DNA of 56,267 nt, filler included, from Sphacelaria rigidula (Eukaryota): assembly GCA_964200075.2 (NCBI GenBank). It is 6 parts of 6 records of this genome, joined end to end, with 100 filler letters (N's around TTAATTAATTAA, not from the genome) between each part and the next. Parts side by side here need not be neighbours in the genome. Positions count along the whole stretch, not along the records: positions 46,974 to 56,267 come from CAXNAA020008824.1; 5 more parts are not named here. One strand, 5' to 3'. Within the stretch, counting starts at the first letter, position 1. Each line of letters starts with the position of its first letter. Under the pieces are notes generated by a model. That model was given only the letters and a program-made list of their open reading frames with translations. It searched no databases and was not told where the DNA came from. The translations under genes and the position numbers were made by a program. Shown here piece by piece: positions 49,301 through 56,267 of this stretch.

Positions 49301-50676
49301 GGCGGTCTAGCTATTCATTTTGTGGCATTTTGTGGCTTTTTGTGATTTTTTCGTAATTGGCGATTTTCTTGGGTTATTTTCGCTCGCCACCGCTCATCAC
49401 ATTGGGGATCTGAAGATACTTGTATCCGCTTCACATTCGAAGAAAAAAATATCATATATACTCAGTATTGAGTGACTTACTGGCTGAATGGTCATCGGGG
49501 GTCCTGCTACGTTTCAGCCCAGATTCTCCCTCTTCGGTATTTTCGGTCGATCGAGCCTGTCCCAATCATATTTGTGAAGAATTGTACAGTTTTATTTTTT
49601 GAAATTCTACCCACTCATTGCACTAGAGCCGAAAAACTGTGTTTTACGTTCAATAAAACCCTCCTGATAAACGAGGTATTTTCTCGTATCGCCCAATCAC
49701 ACCAACTAACACTGACTTGGGCACTCTGTTTCGAGGATGATACTGTATATTGTACCACAATCTACCGACGCTAGCAATTTCGAGTTCTATCGAAGGGTAG
49801 TACACGAGGAAAATCTCAAGACACCTCTGAATAGTTAGACCACCCACTACTGTATACTCAATCCTCTCTAAAATCTGCCGTTTTTTCTGAAAATCTGCGA
49901 CATATTTCGGTGTTCCTGCTGTTTTTTTCGCGGCCGTTTTTCTGCGCAAAAAAACGGAATTCTGCGTTTTCTGCGGCCGCAGATGAAGTTATAGCCTATA
50001 TGCGCTTGTGTACAAAGGGCAATTCATTCTCCCAAACAATTGGAGAAAATGTGCTGTGACAACTGCCTGTGTACATTGGTGACAAGCTACGTGCTGGTTC
50101 CCTCTGTGTGGCTGTGCAAAGCGACTTCGCGTTACAACAGCAAGTACCTGCCACCTCTCGAATTGCAGTGGGCAAGGTCACACATGAGCATCGCCTGAGC
50201 GTATGTCGGACGGATCAAGTGCAGAAACCCACGTGTGAAACGCGGTTTTAATCATCGTCGGTGTACCGCACTTCATTGACTAACAATATCAGCAGCCATG
50301 ATGTTTGCAAGAGCAGGTCGAGTAGAGTATACTCAACTGCGGGGTATTTTCAAATACGTACTTGAGGTACTCAAATTAGGGTAGAGCTTCAGGAGTCTGG
50401 GACGTTTTCGTTTGTCTTGAACGCGCTTTGGGGGTGCTGTGGCGAAATCACGCCCTCATGGTTGAGTATATAGTGGATCCTGGATGATGACCAGGGGACA
50501 AGAGCATCCTGTGGATGATGACCTTTGCTGTGTAGCCCAGGCCTGATGGTAGGCTGCAGGTGTTCACTCCGTTAATGATAAGGTGTTGTGAAGGCTGACA
50601 ACTGAGACCTTGAGGCTAGTGGAGCTGGGGAGTCCCTCAACAGCATTAGACGCTGCAGTATTAGCAACCTGCTAGC

Positions 50677-51142
50677 GTCACGGAAGTTAGTCGTGGGGGT
50701 TCGATCCCCGTCGCCTTCACTCCGAAGAGGGCGACTCCCCTTGCCAGCGCTCTATCTACTGCCATCAGGTTATCTAGTATTGTCGCTTGCACCGTATCCT
50801 AGAGTTACTCGTCTCCCCCGCTCATTCCAAGAGTGTGTGCACACGGGCCCTTATCAGTACACTCCAAACATGGCCACCAGGATACCCCACGCTTTTCTCC
50901 AGGCCAATTTTTTACAGAGATTTTCTCTCCTTCGGGCGGATTAGTCATGGAGGTTTTCTCTCCTCTTTTTTCTTCAAAGAAAGTGCGTCCGACGGGAATC
51001 GAACCAGCGACTAACTTTCGTGACGGTTTAGGAGACTACCAACTAGACTACTGAGCAGTCAGCGCTGACTGCTCAGTAGTCTAGTTGGTAGTCTCTTCGC
51101 TGACTGCCCAGTAGTCTAGTTGGTAGTCTCTTAAACCGTTAC
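50677..51142. mobile_element. Split-tRNA element with internal complementary region, copy 2 (complete), nested in the hAT element
   Basis: Left end GTCAC+B box; right end A box+GTTAC; 50990-51063 is the reverse complement of right end joined to left end. Confidence 0.85.
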
Positions 51143-51200
51143 ATGTCTCACCCGAAAAATAACGGTAAAGCGATCTCTAAAACCCTACCTCCCATTTGTG

Positions 51201-51384
51201 TACTTTTAGGCCAACTCTTATGGGAGCGTTTATAATTTCATGTTGCAATCATTTGAAACGACTTTTTTTTCTTTGCGGTAGTTGTGTATTTTGTGCCCGA
51301 TCACCATGATGACAAATAAAAAACAAAAATCTGAAATTGTTGCGAAATAGAATTTCAAACGCTCCCACAAGAGTTGGCCTTAGT
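51201..51384. repeat. Small inverted-repeat element; related arm at ~1495-1522
   Basis: AGGCCAACTCTTATGGGAGCGTTT ... AAACGCTCCCACAAGAGTTGGCCT. Confidence 0.7.
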
Positions 51385-51952
51385 ACGAGTTTCGAAATAC
51401 CCCGAAATTGAGTATACTCTACTCGACCCGCCCTTGGATGTTTGTCGCCACTGCCGCCTGTGTACACCAACAACAATATGTAAACATCGCGGTTGGCAAG
51501 TTGCAGTTTCGATCGAATACTTGGTTTCAGGACTATATACTACGAAGCACAAAGCAAGAATGAGCAAGGGCATTTGCACGAACATGCGCATTCCAGCACT
51601 TGCTCTGTGCCGATGTAATGTGAAATGGATATGTGGCGGCCTTGATTACGCAGCGCTCCTTTTGCGCTGCCGTGGTGGTCGGCATGACGCAAAAGGCGAC
51701 ATGACGGTTCAACACTGATAGCTCCATAATCGTCTTGTGTCTTACGTCGCAGAGGTGAAGTTTGCCGATGACAAATTGCTTTCAGGAGTGGAGAACACAA
51801 CAATGATTCCTTCATGACCACACATCGGGCGAAAGACTGTCCAGACAGGCGTTGTGTTAGGTGCGGGAAGAGAGGACATAGTTTTATTGACTGTCACAGC
51901 AATGTGGAGGACGCGGCGACTGTGGAGGACGCGGCGATTGTGATGGGCGAGT

Positions 51953-53641
51953 ATGGCTATGGCTGTGGTGGACGACGACTCCGTCTGTTCGGATGCTGAT
52001 GTAGAAGCGTTCACCAGCCTTGACATGACGGTGGACGAGGTCAACACAGGCGAGTATGCGTTTGCAACTGGGAAGTGGGATGCAGAGCAGTCAGATGGGG
52101 GCGAACCATGGGTACTTGACACGGCGGCCACTTCGCACTATTCTCCTGATTCAAGTAAGATGACGGACTATAGAAAATGCAGTGGAAGGGTACTACGGTG
52201 TGCGGGCGGTGGTACCTACCCGATCGCGGGAAGAGGAAACTTGGCTCTATCTTTACGATCTGACGGACGCGATATAGTCTTGTACTTGAAAAATGTAGAC
52301 CACGCACCTTGGGTCCGTCACCATCTGTTGTCACTGACCAGGATGTCCAACGCGGGTCACACCTACATTGGGTCTAGTAACGGCTTCCGGGTTGAGTTAA
52401 AGTCAGGCAATACCCTGAAAACCCCCGGTCAGCACAGGCAGTTGATAATGTACGCCCAACGCATTTATCCACAAGATCATGACAAGCATGCGACAGCATG
52501 CGCTGTGATTGCCCCGGGGAAACTCCCCAACCCCGAAGTTAAAGACATAAATGATTTCCATTGCAAACACGCGCATGTTCACGAGGACCTGCTCCGGCGG
52601 ACTGCAAAGCAGCTCGGAGCGGAGCTGCGCGGCGAGTTGAGACCGTGCCGGGGATGCTCGGAAGGAAAGGGACTTCGGCAGCCCATCCCAAGATCGACCC
52701 ATACACGAGCAGTTGAGCCAGCTTCCAGAGTGTTTGTTGATCTCACAGGCCCAAAACCACTTAGATCTCGGGGAGGAAAGTCGTACATGATGATAGTACG
52801 CGATGATTGCTCGCGGCACACTAGACTGTTTTTTCTGCGCACAAAGGACGAGTCCGTACAGTACTTCAGTGAATACATCGCAGAAATTCACCGGCGAAAA
52901 ATCGAGAAGGTTCGCAGTGATGGTGGAGGTGAATTTTCGGAGGGGGCGTTCGAGGAGCTATGTGATAGAGAGAAAATAAAACAAGAGAAAACAACTGCTG
53001 GCTCCCAACAGTTCAACGACGTAGCAGAGCGTGCAATTGGCATCATAGAGTCGGCCGGCCTTGCAGCCAAAATTCAGGCATCGGAGATGTACCCGAACCA
53101 GAACATCCCAACTAGCAAGAATCTGTGGGCGGAACAGGCTAACTGGGCATGCCATGCTTTGAACTGTACTGCGACCTCGGCTGACCCGGGAAAAAAGACG
53201 CCACACGAAGTGTGGCACAGAGTACCACCGGAAAACAACCTCCTTCCTTTTCTAAAGCCTGGATTTTGTAGGGTTCAGAGGACAGACAAAATTCAACGAA
53301 TAGCTCAGAGGTGCTGGTACCTTGGCCCAAACCCAGGATACCCGCGCGATGCTATGAGAGTGATCACGGAAACAGGACAAACTATTACGACCAGGCACGT
53401 AACATGGGCATATGTCCCCCCTACTCCTTTCCCTGCCCCACAGCAAGCGATCCCGACGCCCGACGAAGCGAGGGATGACAAAATCAAGGGAGGGACGGCC
53501 GGCAGCGAGTCCGCGGAACATCAAACTCCGGCGGCGCGTGCTCCACCCCGCGGTTCACGTCACGTGTCATTTTTGCTTCCCAACCCAGAGCTGGACGCAA
53601 AAGCAGCACAACGGACCCCTGCTATTGGCGGGGGGGGGTGA
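51953..53641 (+). pseudogene. Copia protease, GAG-pre-integrase and integrase
   Basis: WVLDTAATSH; FHCKHAH...CRGC; VFVDLTGP; VRSDGGGEF; QFNDVAER; frameshift at the G-run near 53630. Confidence 0.92.
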
Positions 53642-53741
53642 GATGACCTCGCCGCTTCCTTGCAGAAGCAGGGGGGGGCGCGGGATTCTACGCAACCCTG
53701 TCCGGCATCTCATTGATGACGGGGGATCAGCGCCCTCCACA

Positions 53742-53940
53742 TCGCCACCGACAGCCACGTCGCCGCCGACAGCAACACCGCCGCCGACAGCTACATCGCC
53801 GCCGACAGCAGCACCGCCGCCGACAGCTACATTGCCGCCGACAGCAACACCGCCGCCGACAGCTACATCGCCGCCGACAGCAACATCGCCGCCGCAAACG
53901 CCGACAGAAACAACGCCGACAGCAACAACACCGACAACCG
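53742..53940 (+). repeat. 18-bp in-frame minisatellite (PPTATS-like) in the Copia IN-RT linker
   Basis: CGCCGCCGACAGC(A/T)ACA(T/C) tandem units. Confidence 0.9.
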
Positions 53941-54449
53941 TAGACACCCCCGAGCGCAACGACGGGGGGGGGCGGTGGAGCTCCCGAAATCCCAAGGACG
54001 GAGCTACGCCGTCTTGCACTCGACGATGAATTGTCTCTGCCTCCACAAATGGCAGGTCGCACGCGCAGTGCGACGAGAGCGGCAGCCGACCGGAACGAGC
54101 TAGCATCGGCGGCAGAGGAACTGGAGAAAACGCTGGCGTGGGAAAGAAACGAAATTTTCTCCCGCGCGATGGCGAGGGTTCAGGCGAGGGCTCAAGCTGA
54201 AACTGTACTGTATGGAATGGCGGAGGACAATTACGGGGTGACGGAGCTGATCACTGCAGCAGCCGGACCAGAGGTAGGAGGCAGCGCGACCATGCTGATC
54301 GAGGAAACTTTTGCGGAGCAGGAGTATTCTTGTTTCTCGGCAGAAAACGGGAGAAAGGCAAAGCCCAGTTTTGGTTTGCATTCCCCAATCGGTCTGCACG
54401 TGAGAGATGTGGAAACTCCCCCCGTAACAGTAGAAGATATAGAAAAGTC

Positions 54450-55971
54450 GAAATACCAGAAAATATGGTTGAGTGCCATGCGTGCAGAACTGAATGGACA
54501 TAAACGCAGATACATTCTCAACAGGAGAAATTCCTAAAGGAGTAAACATAATCACAGCCAAATGGGTGTCACTTGGAAAACCGACGCTAATGGTACTATA
54601 ACTAAAGCGAAGGCTAGATTAGTGGCGCGTGGGTTTGGCCAGAGATACGCGGTGGATGATTTTGAGACGTTTGCATCCACCCCAGCCATGACATCAATAA
54701 AACTGGCCATGGCCGTGGCAGTACAGAAGGGATGGCCACTGTGTCACTTCGACGTTAACCAGGCTTTAGTACGAGCCAAAATGGACACGAATGTGTTCAT
54801 GAAGCTCCCAGAAGGGTGTGGCCCACTAACAGATAGCACGGTTAGGCTAGAAAAATCTATATACGGCGTCAAACAAGCAGGGAGACAATGGTACCTCCTC
54901 CTGAACAAAACACTGATGGAGGATGGAGGAATGTCGCAAAGTAAGGCTAACCCGTGTGTATACAAACTGGAGGAAGGGGGAGGAGTGTGTGCCATACTTG
55001 TTGTGCATGTGGACGACATTGTAATCGGGGGAGAAACGAAAAGAGTGGAGAGGGTATGTAATATCCTAAATAACAGGTTCCTAACGAACAACTTAGTTGA
55101 AGTTCAGTGGTAAATGGGGTGTGCCATAGAGAGGAATTGGAAAGGAGGTACCATGTACGTGAATCAGACGACCATTCTCGACACCATGCTGAAGCGTTTC
55201 GAGGTTACGGAAATTTCTGATATTCCCTCATCAGTATCTGCAGACTTGGGACCGGTGAAGCAAGGTGACAAGGTTTTTGATAGACTATACCGGAATGCCA
55301 TGGGAGGGTTGATGTGGTCGGCTATGGTAACCAGGCCTGATATTGCAAATGCAGCCCGAGACCTGGCCCGGCAATCACACGACTCATGTGAAAGACACTG
55401 GCGAGGGGTGTTGAAAGTTTTGGCGTACCTCAACACGACCAGAAATTACGGTCTGACTTTTAGTTCAGGGGAAAGTAGGCTCACAGTCTATTGTGACGCT
55501 GACTACGCGAAGAAAGATACAGACCGGCGATCGGTTTCCGGGGTAGCTGTCATGTACGGGGGGATAGCAGTATCAAGTACTAGTCGAACGCAACACTGCT
55601 TTACCCTGTCAACTACCGAAGTCGAGTACGTAGCTATGGCAGAAGGGGCGAAGGAGTGTATGTTTGTCAGGTCGGTACTATCTTTCCTACGAAAAAAGGT
55701 TGTGTTGGGACGACAAGTAGAGTACGACATCGTCCTTTATGAAGACAATGAAGGGGCTAAGGCTCTAGCCGACAACCCTCTCAGCTCAGGTCGTAGTAAG
55801 CACATCGACGTGAGATGGCATTTAATTAGGGACTTGGTGAGGACGGGAGCAGTAAGGATTGTACATGTGGATTCGGAGTGGCAACACGCTGATATCCTTA
55901 CAAAGCCGCTCCCATTCACGCTGTTCAACAGGCACCGTCGCGCCTTGATGAACACTGGGGACGGCGAGTAG
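54450..55971 (+). pseudogene. Copia reverse transcriptase and RNase H (frameshifts, stop at 55111-55113)
   Basis: KAKARLVARG; HFDVNQA; IYGVKQAGRQW; HVDD; TRPDI; YCDADYA; EDNEGA; KHIDVRWH; HADILTK. Confidence 0.93.
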
Positions 55972-56202
55972 ACACATATTTTGTTTTATGTGTGTCTTTC
56001 GATTTGTCAGCTCTGGAAGTTTCAGGTCATGGTTTCCGTAATGCATTTGCGCTTACATCGGGTGAAGCCGCTCATCCTACTTTGTGGGGCATGGGTTTGT
56101 AAGGCGTTTCCCGTTGTTAAGTGCAGGTGCCCTGGCCTGGGCGTCTGCGAAAAAAGGGTGTTTGTTTTGACCACAAGCGGTGGAGTTTGTGTGATGGGGG
56201 TG

Positions 56203-56263
56203 CGTACTCATTTGTTGCTTGCCTTCGTCGTTCGATCATTGACCACGCATCCCTTTCGAGACG
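56203..56263 (+). repeat. 61-bp G-run repeat; possibly the start of the Copia 3' LTR
   Basis: Follows GATGGGGGTG ~230 bp after the RNase H stop; matches 18886-18946 and 37808-37849. Confidence 0.6.
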
Positions 56264-56267
56264 GAGC

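Larger units (their letters stand above)
50308..51436. mobile_element. Non-autonomous hAT element with ~55-bp TIRs and perfect 8-bp TSD GATGTTTG
   Basis: CAAG(A/G)GC(A/G)GGTCGAGTAGAGTATACTCAA termini; GATGTTTG at 50300-50307 and 51437-51444. Confidence 0.9.
51815..56267 (+). mobile_element. 5'-truncated Ty1/Copia retrotransposon
   Basis: Zinc knuckles (HRAKDC, CVRCGKRGHSFIDC), then PR-IN-RT-RH order; no 5' LTR seen. Confidence 0.93.

Overview
This window is not one locus. It is six unrelated contigs (1-9295, 9396-18690, 18791-28085, 28186-37479, 37580-46873, 46974-56267; 9295/9295/9295/9294/9294/9294 bp) joined by artificial 100-nt N44-TTAATTAATTAA-N44 linkers, so adjacency across linkers means nothing. 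The DNA is eukaryotic, repeat-rich and intron-rich. Exon style and repeat types suggest a brown alga or other stramenopile (inference). Host genes: the last five exons of a flotillin/SPFH gene, including a tandemly duplicated 123-nt exon with GC donors, and three exons of a gene for a divergent bromodomain protein with a long polyQ/H tract. Mobile DNA: a full-length chromodomain Ty3/Gypsy element (280-bp LTRs, TCCC TSD) and the LTR of a related element, both nested in one decayed Ty1/Copia; a second, 5'-truncated Copia; an RTE-like LINE relic; a tRNA-derived SINE family; and many MITE/foldback elements (mariner-, hAT- and CACTA-like). The most unusual object is a ~0.45-kb non-coding element in two copies (46974-47386, 50677-51142). 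Its two ends are the two halves of a tRNA-Asp-like Pol III head split at the anticodon loop (GTCAC), and it carries an internal antisense copy of the rejoined ends. This is the internal-complementary-region/circular-junction layout of DIRS-type tyrosine-recombinase retroelements in a SINE-sized, tRNA-derived element.
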